64,000 nucleotides of DNA from NCBI GenBank assembly GCA_018817025.1, contig JAHIUU010000001.1:6852-70851 (forward strand). The letters run 5' to 3'. Origin of the DNA: Candidatus Babelota bacterium. GTDB lineage: Bacteria > Babelota > Babeliae > Babelales > JAHIUU01. A program made the translations under genes and the position numbers. The notes beneath the pieces are model-generated. The model worked only from the letters and a program-made list of their open reading frames with translations, had not been told where the DNA came from and searched no databases. Shown in pieces: positions 55,173 through 64,000 of the stretch (position 1 is the stretch's first letter; each line of letters starts with the position of its first letter).

Positions 55173-55248
55173 TGGTAGGCACGAGCGGAGTCGAACCGCT
55201 GACCCTTGCTACGTCAAAGCAATGCTCTACCACCTGAGCTACGTGCCT
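55173..55248 (-). tRNA. tRNA-Val (anticodon GAC), CCA encoded
   Basis: The reverse complement was hand-folded: AGGCACG TA GCTC AGGTGGTA GAGC A TTGCT TTGACGT AGCAA GGGTC AGCGG TTCGACT CCGCT CGTGCCT A CCA. 76 nt. Confidence 0.93.
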
Positions 55249-55266
55249 GAACACCATACATTTCAA

Positions 55267-58200
55267 TTATCCAAGCGAAATCTTATCCAAGCCAACTTCC
55301 ATCTGCTCCTCATCACGAGCCCGCTGCTCGAGCACAGAAACATCCTCGCCGATATGTTTCAATTTGAAGGAAGGAACGCCTGTTCCAGCAGGGATAAGCT
55401 TACCAATTATCACATTTTCTTTCAAGCCGAATAAGTAATCCACCTGCCCCATAATAGCAGCCTCCGTCAAGACTCTCGTAGTCTCCTGAAACGATGCGGC
55501 CGAAAAGAAGCTCTCTGTGCCCAAAGAGGCCTTGGTTATACCCATCAAAAGAGGCTTTGCAACGGCAACCTTCTTACCTTCCTTGGCGATAACCTGGTTG
55601 ACCGACTGCAGATGAACCCTATCAACACGATCTCCAATGACGAAACTGGTATCTCCTGGATCAACAATACTCACTTTTCTTAGCATTTGACGAACAATAA
55701 GCTCAATATGCCTATCGTGAATCGTTACCCCCTGGAGTGTATAAACCTCCTGAATCTCCTTCACAAGATATTTTTGAAGTTCATCAGGACCGAGAATCCT
55801 CAAAATATCGTGCGCATTAGGAGTCCCTGAAGTTAGCGAATCACCCGCCTTTACGCTGCCACCATCTTCAATATTGATATGTTTACTTCGTGGAACACTA
55901 TATTCAAAGGTCTGCTCATCGTCGGTCGTCAACGAAATACGACGCTGCCCCCGATGAATACCGCCAAATCGAACAATCCCATCAACATCAGCAATAACCG
56001 CGGTGTCTTTTGGAACCCTAGCCTCAAAAAGCTCTGCGACGCGAGGAAGACCCCCTGTAATATCTTTTGTTCGTTTTTCTTCTTTCGGCAATTTTGCTAA
56101 AACGCTACCCGGTGTAATCTGGCTACCCTCATCAACATAAAGCATCGCCCCGGTCGGTAAGTAGTAACGAGCCTCTTCTTCTCCGTCAGCATGCTCAATA
56201 ACAATACACGGCTGGTGCTTCTCGTCTCGTATTGCCAGAATCGTCTTGTACGCCTGTTCAGCGTCTTCCCGGTATTCTTCCCGATAGGTAACATTCTCAA
56301 TAAGATCTACAAACTTAATCCTGCCACCCTTTTCAGAAATAATCACCTTATGAGGATCCCACTCTGAAACCATGGCACCAGACTCAACAACCACACCATC
56401 GTCAACGAGAAGAAGTGAACCATGTTCAAGGTCGAATAACTCCAACTCTCTTCCATCCTCAGAAACGATCGCCAACTTCGCCTTACGGTTCATTACAATC
56501 TTTGAACCATCTTCTTTGGTTACAAGCTGCACACCGCGATATTGGACTTTTCCACTAAAGTTGGTCTTATAGAAATACTGCTCAAGCAAGCCACTTGCGG
56601 TACCTCCGATATGGAACGTTCTCATAGTAAGCTGCGTTCCAGGCTCACCAATCGACTGCGCGGCGATAATCCCAACAGGCGCACCAACATCGACAAGCTT
56701 CAACGTCGAAAGATCCATGCCGTAACATTTTGCACAAATACCACGACTGGACTGACAGGTTAACACCGATCGAACAGGAACATGCGTTACCGCAGACTCC
56801 TTAACCTTTGTCAACACATCATGGGTTACCATTTCACCCGCACGCATTACCAACTTACCACTCACAGGATCTTTAACATCTTCTGCTATAATTCTTCCAA
56901 AGACTCGATCAGGTAACGACTCAATCGTGTTACCTGACTCTTTTAAGTCAGACACAACAATATACCCAAGCGTACTACAATCATCTTTTGTAACAATAAC
57001 ATCCTGCGCAACATCAACCAATCTTCGAGTTAAGTACCCAGAATCAGCTGTTTTTAACGCCGTATCAGCCAAACCTTTTCGCGCTCCGTGCGTTGAAATG
57101 AAATATTCAAACACACTCAACCCGCCTTTAAAGTTCGCCAAAACAGGGACTTCCATAATTTCGCCCGACGGCTTCGCCATCAAGCCTCTCATTCCGCCAA
57201 GCTGTCTTATTTGTTGACGCGATCCACGAGCCCCAGAATCAAGAAACATGAAAACCGGATTAAACTTCGCGCTTGTCTTGTCTTTATTCAAGCAGACTTG
57301 GCGATCTTGCTCCTCAAGCTCACCGATCATATCATGGGCAACATCCTCAGTTGCACGCGCCCAAATCTGAATAACTTTATTGTATCGTTCACCGTTGGTA
57401 ATTGCACCATCGCGGTATAGCTTCTCGATTTTAACAACTTCTTTCTTGCAAGCCTCAACAATTCCAGCCTTCGACCCTGGAACAACCAGGTCATCAACGG
57501 CAAGAGAAATACCGCCCAGCGTCGCATGCATAAAGCCAAGATGCTTTATCTCATCAAGAACGCGAACCGTCTCGGCCTCACCACACGCACGGTATAGCTT
57601 GGAAACAAGTTTCACGAGATCATTCTTCTTCATTGCCTTGTTGATCCACTCAAATAAAGCACCATCAGGCAAAATCTCGTATAACAACACCCGACCAACA
57701 GTCGTCTCCACTAACTTGCCATCACTCAAGCGAACCTCGATAGAAGCGTGCAGGCTCAGCTTGTCATGCTGATGCGCAAACACTACCTCCTGAACACTTG
57801 AAAACTTAAGACCTTCGCCAACAACATTCTTTCGTCCTTTAGTCATAAAATAGAGACCCAGAACCATATCCTGCGAAGGAACGGCAATTGGCCGACCATT
57901 AGAAGGAGATAGAATATTATGGGAAGAAAGCATTAGATTTTTTGCCTCTAACTGAGCTCTCTTACTCAACGGAACATGCACCGCCATCTGGTCACCGTCA
58001 AAGTCTGCGTTAAATGCAGAACAAACAAGCGGGTGAATCTTGATTGCCTTTCCTTCAACGAGAATCGGGTAAAAAGCTTGAATCCCTAATCTGTGCAGCG
58101 TTGGTGCTCGGTTTAGCAACACTGGTCTATCCTGAACCACCGTTTCAAGAGCGCCCCATACTTCAGGGGCCAGGGTTTCAACCATGCGCTTAGCAGATCT

Positions 58201-59394
58201 TAAACTCATCGCCAACTCACATCGTTGAAGTTCAACGTAGACATATGGCTTGAAAAGCTCAAGTGCCATAATCTTTGGTAGACCACATTGGTATAATTTT
58301 AATTCTGGCTCAACAACAATAACGGAACGACCTGAATAGTCGACACGTTTACCAAGTAAGTTCTGTCGGAATCGCCCCTGCTTTCCACGCAACATCTCAC
58401 TTAACGACTTCAATGGTCGCTTATTGGAACCACGAACAGGCTGCCCCCTTCGTCCATTATCAATAAGCGCATCAACCGATTCCTGAAGCATTCGCTTTTC
58501 ATTTTTAACAATTACCTCAGGAGCCTCAAGCTCAAGGAGACGACGCAAGCGAATATTTCGGTTCAAAACCCGTCGATAGAGATCATTCAAGTCTGAACTG
58601 GCAAAACGACCCCCTTCCAATGGAACAAGCGGACGCAAATCAGGAGGAATAACTGGCAATACCTCTAAGACAACCCACTCTGGTCGCAGATTCGCCTGGA
58701 GCAACCCAGAGAGCACTCGATACCGTTTTGCCAAGCGATGCTTTGCCGCAACAGAAGCTGTTTGCTTATACAACTCCTCAAGCCGGCGAACTTCAAAATT
58801 CAAGTCTATCATTGAAAGAAGAACACGAACTGCCTGAGCACCCATACCTGCTTTAAACAGCGTATCTTCATCATGGGCACTGACGTAGTCTTCGTACTCT
58901 TGACTATTCAAAAGCGTCTTTATGGGATATGGCGAGCCACCCTGATTTAAAACAATATAACTATCAAAGTAGATAACACGCTCTAAGTCTTTTACGGTCA
59001 TTCCCAAGATCAAACTTAAATAGCTTGGTATTCCCTTTAGATACCAAATATGGCACACCGGAGAAACAAGCTTTATGTGACCCATTCGTTCGCGGCGAAC
59101 CCTTGACTGAATAACCTCTACCCCGCACTTTTCGCATGTCACCCCACGGTGTTTCATGCGTTTATATTTACCACAATTACATTCCCAATCCTTGACGGGA
59201 CCAAAAACTCTTGCGCAAAACAAACCATCTCGTTCCGGCTTCAATGTTCTATAGTTGATGGTTTCTATCTTTTTCACTTCACCATACGAAAGAGAAAGTA
59301 TCTTTTCCGGTGAAGCAATGCCAATTTTAATTGCGTCAAATTGGGTGGTGTTAATATATTCTCGGAAACGCTCAAGTATCCTATTATTCACCAA
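55267..59394 (-). CDS. rpoC: DNA-directed RNA polymerase subunit beta'
   Basis: Contains [14 protein letters not shown], a zinc-binding [20 protein letters not shown], and the catalytic NADFDGDQM. No ATG is available at the 5' end: the start is TTG (59394) or GTG (59391), inside the last rpoB codons and downstream of an AAGGAG SD. Confidence 0.98.
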   Translation of the reverse strand: MVNNRILERFREYINTTQFDAIKIGIASPEKILSLSYGEVKKIETINYRTLKPERDGLFCARVFGPVKDWECNCGKYKRMKHRGVTCEKCGVEVIQSRVRRERMGHIKLVSPVCHIWYLKGIPSYLSLILGMTVKDLERVIYFDSYIVLNQGGSPYPIKTLLNSQEYEDYVSAHDEDTLFKAGMGAQAVRVLLSMIDLNFEVRRLEELYKQTASVAAKHRLAKRYRVLSGLLQANLRPEWVVLEVLPVIPPDLRPLVPLEGGRFASSDLNDLYRRVLNRNIRLRRLLELEAPEVIVKNEKRMLQESVDALIDNGRRGQPVRGSNKRPLKSLSEMLRGKQGRFRQNLLGKRVDYSGRSVIVVEPELKLYQCGLPKIMALELFKPYVYVELQRCELAMSLRSAKRMVETLAPEVWGALETVVQDRPVLLNRAPTLHRLGIQAFYPILVEGKAIKIHPLVCSAFNADFDGDQMAVHVPLSKRAQLEAKNLMLSSHNILSPSNGRPIAVPSQDMVLGLYFMTKGRKNVVGEGLKFSSVQEVVFAHQHDKLSLHASIEVRLSDGKLVETTVGRVLLYEILPDGALFEWINKAMKKNDLVKLVSKLYRACGEAETVRVLDEIKHLGFMHATLGGISLAVDDLVVPGSKAGIVEACKKEVVKIEKLYRDGAITNGERYNKVIQIWARATEDVAHDMIGELEEQDRQVCLNKDKTSAKFNPVFMFLDSGARGSRQQIRQLGGMRGLMAKPSGEIMEVPVLANFKGGLSVFEYFISTHGARKGLADTALKTADSGYLTRRLVDVAQDVIVTKDDCSTLGYIVVSDLKESGNTIESLPDRVFGRIIAEDVKDPVSGKLVMRAGEMVTHDVLTKVKESAVTHVPVRSVLTCQSSRGICAKCYGMDLSTLKLVDVGAPVGIIAAQSIGEPGTQLTMRTFHIGGTASGLLEQYFYKTNFSGKVQYRGVQLVTKEDGSKIVMNRKAKLAIVSEDGRELELFDLEHGSLLLVDDGVVVESGAMVSEWDPHKVIISEKGGRIKFVDLIENVTYREEYREDAEQAYKTILAIRDEKHQPCIVIEHADGEEEARYYLPTGAMLYVDEGSQITPGSVLAKLPKEEKRTKDITGGLPRVAELFEARVPKDTAVIADVDGIVRFGGIHRGQRRISLTTDDEQTFEYSVPRSKHINIEDGGSVKAGDSLTSGTPNAHDILRILGPDELQKYLVKEIQEVYTLQGVTIHDRHIELIVRQMLRKVSIVDPGDTSFVIGDRVDRVHLQSVNQVIAKEGKKVAVAKPLLMGITKASLGTESFFSAASFQETTRVLTEAAIMGQVDYLFGLKENVIIGKLIPAGTGVPSFKLKHIGEDVSVLEQRARDEEQMEVGLDKISLG

Positions 59395-62300
59395 CTTTCT
59401 CCTTGCTTGCCTTAAATAGATCGACTTGCAACCCCAAACTTTGAAGTTCTTTCACTAATACATTGAAAGATTCTGGAACTCCAGGATCAGGAATATCATC
59501 ACCCCGCACAATCGCCTCATACGCCTTAACTCGTCCGTTCACATCATCAGACTTAACGGTCAGCATCTCCTGCAAGGCATATGCTGCACCATAGGCGTAT
59601 AATGCCCACACTTCCATCTCTCCTAGTCGCTGTCCTCCAAACTGTGCTTTACCACCAAGCGGTTGCTGCGTTATCAGCGAGTACGGACCAACCGAACGCG
59701 CATGTAGCTTGTCGTCAACCAAGTGATTCAGTTTCATCATATATATGTATCCAACGGTCACAGGTTGTACAAATGGCAAGCCCGTCTGCCCATTATAAAG
59801 CTTGTACGCTGCATCCTGCGGTAGGCCGAGATCCTTTAACATAGGACGGATCTCTTCCTCATAGTCTGCACCATCAAAAATTGGTGTCTTGAAAAAGACC
59901 CCGTCCTTTCCTGCTTTATGAGCAAGATCAAGCACCATCTCTTTGCCTGAGTGCTTCTCAAGATCCTCAACAAAAGACTTTCCATAGTACTTTTCTAGAT
60001 GTTCTTTCGTCTTTGCATAGCGCACCGATTCAAGATTTTGAGCAAACCAATTTCCTGCCTTTCTTCCCACCATACCGAGAATCGTTTCCAAGATCTGACC
60101 GATATTCATACGCGCAGGAACACCAAGCGGATTCAAAACGATATCAACCGGTGTTCCATCCTCGAGATATGGCATGTCCTCAACGTTAACAATCTGGGAA
60201 ATAACCCCTTTGTTTCCATGACGACCTGCAACCTTATCCCCGACAGATAAATGCCGTTTCATCGCAACATAAACACGAACCATTTTTATGACACCTGACG
60301 GTAAATCATCGCCTTTTCGCAATTTGCTAATCTGCTCTTCTTTAAGCGCCTGCAACACTGAAATCTGATTCTTATACGATTCTTTAAGCTCCTTGAGCTG
60401 AGCAGCAAGCGTTTTATCTGTTAATTCAACTTGCAAGAGTAAATCTAACTCTGCGTCCAGAAGCTTTACTTCAGAAAAAGAGTCTTTCTCCAAGAATTTT
60501 TTAAACTTGGCTCCAGACTTCGGCTTCTTCCCCTTAAGCAAAGAGGCCACTCTTTTGATTATTGCTCGGTCAAGAATTGCAATGTGCTGACAAAAGTCAT
60601 CCTCTATTTTCGCTGTCTTAATTGCAGCAATCTCTTTGTAGCGTTTATCTTTTCGTATCCCACTTCGAGAGAAAAGCTTAACATCAACAACCGTTGCCTC
60701 AACTCCTGGTGGAACTCGTAACGAGGTGTCCCGAACTTCCCGAGATTTCTCTCCGAAAATTGCGCGTAAAAGCTTCTCCTCAGGAGAAGCCTGCACGTCA
60801 CCCTTAAGAGTCACTTTTCCAACCAGAATCTCACCCGGCTTAACCCTGGTTCCAATTCGAACAATTCCGTCGTCATCAAGCGCTTCCAAATCTTTTTCGC
60901 TAACATTTGGAATGTCTCTCGTTATCTCTTCCGCTCCTAGCTTGGTGTCTCTAGCTTCAACAACAAACTCTTCGATATGCACCGAAGTGAAAACGTCTTC
61001 GGCAACAAGACGCTTACTAACAACAATAGCATCCTCAAAGTTGTAACCATGCCACAACATGAACGCAACCAAAACATTGCTTCCCAAAGCCAACTCTCCG
61101 CGATTTGTCGCCGCACCATTGGTAAGCACATCACCACGCTCAACACAATCACCAATCTTAACGACAGGAACGTGATGAATCCAGGTGTTGTGACTCGAAC
61201 GAGCAAATTTCTTGAGTTCGTAAATGTCAACCGGACGAGAAAGCCACTCTTTGCTAATCTTGGAATCATCGCCCCCGCCATCAACAATACGAACAACAAT
61301 CTTTTCTGAGGAAACATACTCAACAATACCACCGCTTCGAGCAACTAACACAGCACCCTCTGCAGCCCCAAGCTCTGCTTCCATACCAGTCCCAACAAGT
61401 GGAGGCCGACACTTTATCAATGGAACCGCTTGCCGTTGCATATTCGATCCCATTAATGCACGGTTTGCATCATCGTGCTCCAAAAACGGAATTAGTGACG
61501 TTGCAACCGAAACAAGCTGTCGAGGAGAGGCATCAACATAGGTAACATCTTTTGCGTCAACCGTAATAATGTTTCCGCTCTTTCGAGCAAGAACCTCTTT
61601 ATCAGTAATCTTGTTTTTTGCGTCGACATTGATCGTCGCCTGTGCAACAAGTTCATCGACCTCTTGAAACGCATCGAGGCAAACAACATCATCCCCAATG
61701 ACACCATCATTCACCGGACGATACGTTGTTTCAATAAAGCCAAGCTCGTTTACTCGAGCATACGTTGCTAGAGAAGAAATAAGACCAATATTCTGCCCTT
61801 CAGGAGTCTCGATCGGACAAATTCTTCCGTAGTGAGAAGTGTGTACATCCCGAACCTCAAAAGTCGCTCGCTCTCTTGTAATTCCACCAGGCCCAAGCGC
61901 AGAGAGTCTTCTTTTGTGTGCCATTTCTGCTAGTGGATTTGTTTGATCCATAAACTGAGACAACTGACCCGTACCAAAAAACTCTCGTAATACCGCCGCA
62001 AGAGGCTTAACATTCAAATAGTCATATGGCATGAGCGCAGCGTGATATTCCTGCAAGCGAAACCGCTCTTTTGCGATTCGCTCGACTCGAGCAAGCCCTG
62101 CATACAGCTGACCTTGCAATAATTCACCAACGAGCCTCACGCAACGATTACCAAGATGGTCAATGTCATCAAGATCGCCCTCACCCCGTTCTTTCAAAGC
62201 AACCAAATACTTCAAAGTTTCGATAATATCTTCACGCGTCAGCTGGGTAACCTCTTCGTCAATCTCTAGACCTAATTTTCTGTTGGTACGAATTCTGCCT

Positions 62301-63739
62301 ACCCGAGTAAGATCGTAAAAGCGGGGATTAAAAAACAGGTTATCGAAAAATTCTTCCATAACCTGTACCGCGGGAACATCGCCCGCACGAAGTTTACAGT
62401 AAACCTCTTTGAGCGCATCAAGACGGCTCGCAGCAGAACTTTGCGCAAGCGTCAGCGCAATCGTTGGCTGATACACAAAGCTTGAAGACTGAATAATATT
62501 AAGAACATACGCATCCTGCTTTGCAATCGTATCGAGAATCTCGCTCGTCAAAACATCGCCACGCTTTGCAAAAATCTCACCGGTCTCAAGATCAACAACA
62601 TCATCCCCTAAAATACGATTGAGGAGACTATTTTTTCGCACATGAAGATGAGTAACCTTGTGCTTTGCAAGGTCTTTAAGCATCTTGTCTGTAAATCGCT
62701 GACCAACTAAAAACTTCTTTGCCAAACTTTCGGGCAACGCTTCCGCTTCCAAACGCTGGCCAAGCAGCGACTTATCAACTGGTTTGTAGAAATCACCTTT
62801 CTTAACGGTAATTGAATCAAACTTATAGAAAAGTGGCAATATTTCATCACGCTCAATACCCAACGCCTGCAAAAAGGTCGTTACCGAAATTTTCTTTTTC
62901 TTATCAATTCGAACATGAAGAATGTCGTTGTGGTCAAACTCAAAATCAAGCCAAGAACCGCGAGCAGGAATTAATCGAGCCATGTGACAGGGCTGGCCTC
63001 GAAAATCTTTAATCTTTTTACTTAACGTAAAGACAACGCCAGGTGCTCTGTGAATCTGGCTAACCACGACCCGATCAACACCATTGATCAAGAACGTCCC
63101 ATGACCGCCTAAGCGAAATGATCCATCAGCACCTTCGTATAAATCACACATAACCGGCAAATCGCAAAAGAAAACCTCTTGCTCTTTAATATCCTTAACA
63201 ACTCTCTCCCCAGATTCTTTCCCCCCAGACTGAGTATCCCAGCTAATAAGCTGTACCTTAACCTTTAACGGCATCGAATATGTTTTACCACTAAATCGAC
63301 ATTCATCAACCAGCAGTGGCGCCTTCACAAAAACCCGAGATGAACATTTTTTACAAGAGATATAGCGCGCTGTATTCTTTTTGCACTTAGGACAAGAGCC
63401 TGAATCCTCCAGCCGAGAACAATCAGATTTTTTGCATGAAGAACAGCTCCATTTGTATCGATTCTCGATCCCCGTAAGCTGACCACAAACACAAGCCCAA
63501 TCACCCAGCTCATAACTTACAAACTCTAATGAAAGCGCATCTTGATGCTCAACAGGAAAGACGTCTCGAAAAATTTTCTCCAACCCAACATTTTTACGTT
63601 CGAACGGCAAAAAGTCTAGCTGGATAAAGTTGTTGAATGACTTCGATTGAATTTCTATAAGATTCGGCAGAGAAACAACCTCCTTAATCTTGCCAAAAGA
63701 TCTCCGGATTACTCCCTTACCTCGCGAAAATCGAGACAT
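59384..63739 (-). CDS. rpoB: DNA-directed RNA polymerase subunit beta (with a Cys-rich N-terminal insertion)
   Basis: 1451 aa with [49 protein letters not shown] and [12 protein letters not shown] at 63739 with an AGGAG SD. Confidence 0.98.
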   Translation of the reverse strand: MSRFSRGKGVIRRSFGKIKEVVSLPNLIEIQSKSFNNFIQLDFLPFERKNVGLEKIFRDVFPVEHQDALSLEFVSYELGDWACVCGQLTGIENRYKWSCSSCKKSDCSRLEDSGSCPKCKKNTARYISCKKCSSRVFVKAPLLVDECRFSGKTYSMPLKVKVQLISWDTQSGGKESGERVVKDIKEQEVFFCDLPVMCDLYEGADGSFRLGGHGTFLINGVDRVVVSQIHRAPGVVFTLSKKIKDFRGQPCHMARLIPARGSWLDFEFDHNDILHVRIDKKKKISVTTFLQALGIERDEILPLFYKFDSITVKKGDFYKPVDKSLLGQRLEAEALPESLAKKFLVGQRFTDKMLKDLAKHKVTHLHVRKNSLLNRILGDDVVDLETGEIFAKRGDVLTSEILDTIAKQDAYVLNIIQSSSFVYQPTIALTLAQSSAASRLDALKEVYCKLRAGDVPAVQVMEEFFDNLFFNPRFYDLTRVGRIRTNRKLGLEIDEEVTQLTREDIIETLKYLVALKERGEGDLDDIDHLGNRCVRLVGELLQGQLYAGLARVERIAKERFRLQEYHAALMPYDYLNVKPLAAVLREFFGTGQLSQFMDQTNPLAEMAHKRRLSALGPGGITRERATFEVRDVHTSHYGRICPIETPEGQNIGLISSLATYARVNELGFIETTYRPVNDGVIGDDVVCLDAFQEVDELVAQATINVDAKNKITDKEVLARKSGNIITVDAKDVTYVDASPRQLVSVATSLIPFLEHDDANRALMGSNMQRQAVPLIKCRPPLVGTGMEAELGAAEGAVLVARSGGIVEYVSSEKIVVRIVDGGGDDSKISKEWLSRPVDIYELKKFARSSHNTWIHHVPVVKIGDCVERGDVLTNGAATNRGELALGSNVLVAFMLWHGYNFEDAIVVSKRLVAEDVFTSVHIEEFVVEARDTKLGAEEITRDIPNVSEKDLEALDDDGIVRIGTRVKPGEILVGKVTLKGDVQASPEEKLLRAIFGEKSREVRDTSLRVPPGVEATVVDVKLFSRSGIRKDKRYKEIAAIKTAKIEDDFCQHIAILDRAIIKRVASLLKGKKPKSGAKFKKFLEKDSFSEVKLLDAELDLLLQVELTDKTLAAQLKELKESYKNQISVLQALKEEQISKLRKGDDLPSGVIKMVRVYVAMKRHLSVGDKVAGRHGNKGVISQIVNVEDMPYLEDGTPVDIVLNPLGVPARMNIGQILETILGMVGRKAGNWFAQNLESVRYAKTKEHLEKYYGKSFVEDLEKHSGKEMVLDLAHKAGKDGVFFKTPIFDGADYEEEIRPMLKDLGLPQDAAYKLYNGQTGLPFVQPVTVGYIYMMKLNHLVDDKLHARSVGPYSLITQQPLGGKAQFGGQRLGEMEVWALYAYGAAYALQEMLTVKSDDVNGRVKAYEAIVRGDDIPDPGVPESFNVLVKELQSLGLQVDLFKASKEKVGE

Positions 63740-63777
63740 GCATTCGCTCCTAAATCGTAATTTTACCCAAAACCACT

Positions 63778-63813
63778 AAAGTATCACCAGGGTCAGACCC
63801 CTGGTGATACTTT
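63778..63813 (-). terminator. Perfect 15-bp hairpin in the rplL-rpoB spacer (attenuator/partial-terminator candidate)
   Basis: AAAGTATCACCAGGG-tcagac-CCCTGGTGATACTTT. It begins 28 nt after the rplL stop and ends 39 nt before the rpoB ATG. On the minus-strand RNA it is followed by AGUGGUUUUGGG. Confidence 0.5.
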
Positions 63814-63840
63814 TTATATCTTACTTGCTACAGGAATCGC

Positions 63841-64000
63841 TTATGATAGCTCAACCTTTGCTCCGGCAGCCTCCAGAGCCTCCTTCATCTTCTTTGCATC
63901 ATCTTTAGGAGCAGATTCAGAAACAACACACGGGGCCCCCTCAGCCATCTCTTTCGCATCCTTCAGAGACAAGCCCTGAATCGATGCTCTGAGAGCCTTA
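63841..64000 (-). CDS. rplL: 50S ribosomal protein L7/L12, C-terminal fragment (5' part beyond the window end)
   Basis: Own reverse-strand translation: ...[52 protein letters not shown]. This matches the L7/L12 C-terminal domain (GLGLKEAKDLVE.AP...K..AE..K..LE.AGA.VE.K). Confidence 0.88.
   Translation of the reverse strand, partial: KALRASIQGLSLKDAKEMAEGAPCVVSESAPKDDAKKMKEALEAAGAKVELS

Noticed and set aside
1-64000. I looked for CRISPR arrays, IS elements, transposases, integrases, prophage genes, rRNA genes and long direct or inverted nucleotide repeats.
   Set aside because: No regularly spaced direct repeats were seen. No ORF has transposase, integrase or phage hallmarks, and there is no rRNA-like sequence. 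The longest non-coding gaps (287, 204 and 120 bp) are AT-rich promoter regions.

Overview
The window is a gene-dense, mostly housekeeping stretch of a diderm (LPS-containing) bacterial chromosome at roughly 40% GC. I cannot place the taxon. The compactness, the frequent gene overlaps and the orphan secreted proteins fit a reduced, possibly host-associated lineage, but that is a guess. Bases 1-14427 (minus strand) hold one uninterrupted str-S10-spc ribosomal super-cluster: rpsL-rpsG-fusA-tuf-rpsJ...rplO-secY-map, 27 genes, with no rpmD and no adk. The middle carries pyrG, rplM, lpxC, rseP, pepP, lptD, recR, yidC, a biotin carboxylase plus BCCP pair, a MerR regulator, truB, rpsT, rpmB, ftsH, tolQ-tolR-tolA-like-tolB, cca, gmk, ftsY, prmC, rubredoxin, sppA, a Fis-type HTH, putative holA and lptE, rph, pnp and rpsO. 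The right end (minus strand) holds the rplL 3' end, rpoB and rpoC. Two tRNA genes were found by hand, Ala-GGC and Val-GAC. No rRNA, CRISPR array or mobile element was seen. The non-housekeeping content is small but notable. It includes a 1136-aa secreted protein with six tectonin-like propeller repeats, a long unrecognisable helical region and an Arg-rich tail. RpoB carries a ~60-aa cysteine-rich (double zinc-ribbon-like) insertion. There are two tandem pairs of paralogous orphan membrane or secreted proteins, and a signal-peptide-bearing alpha-crystallin protein. All functional calls come from motif and synteny recognition by eye. No database search was run.
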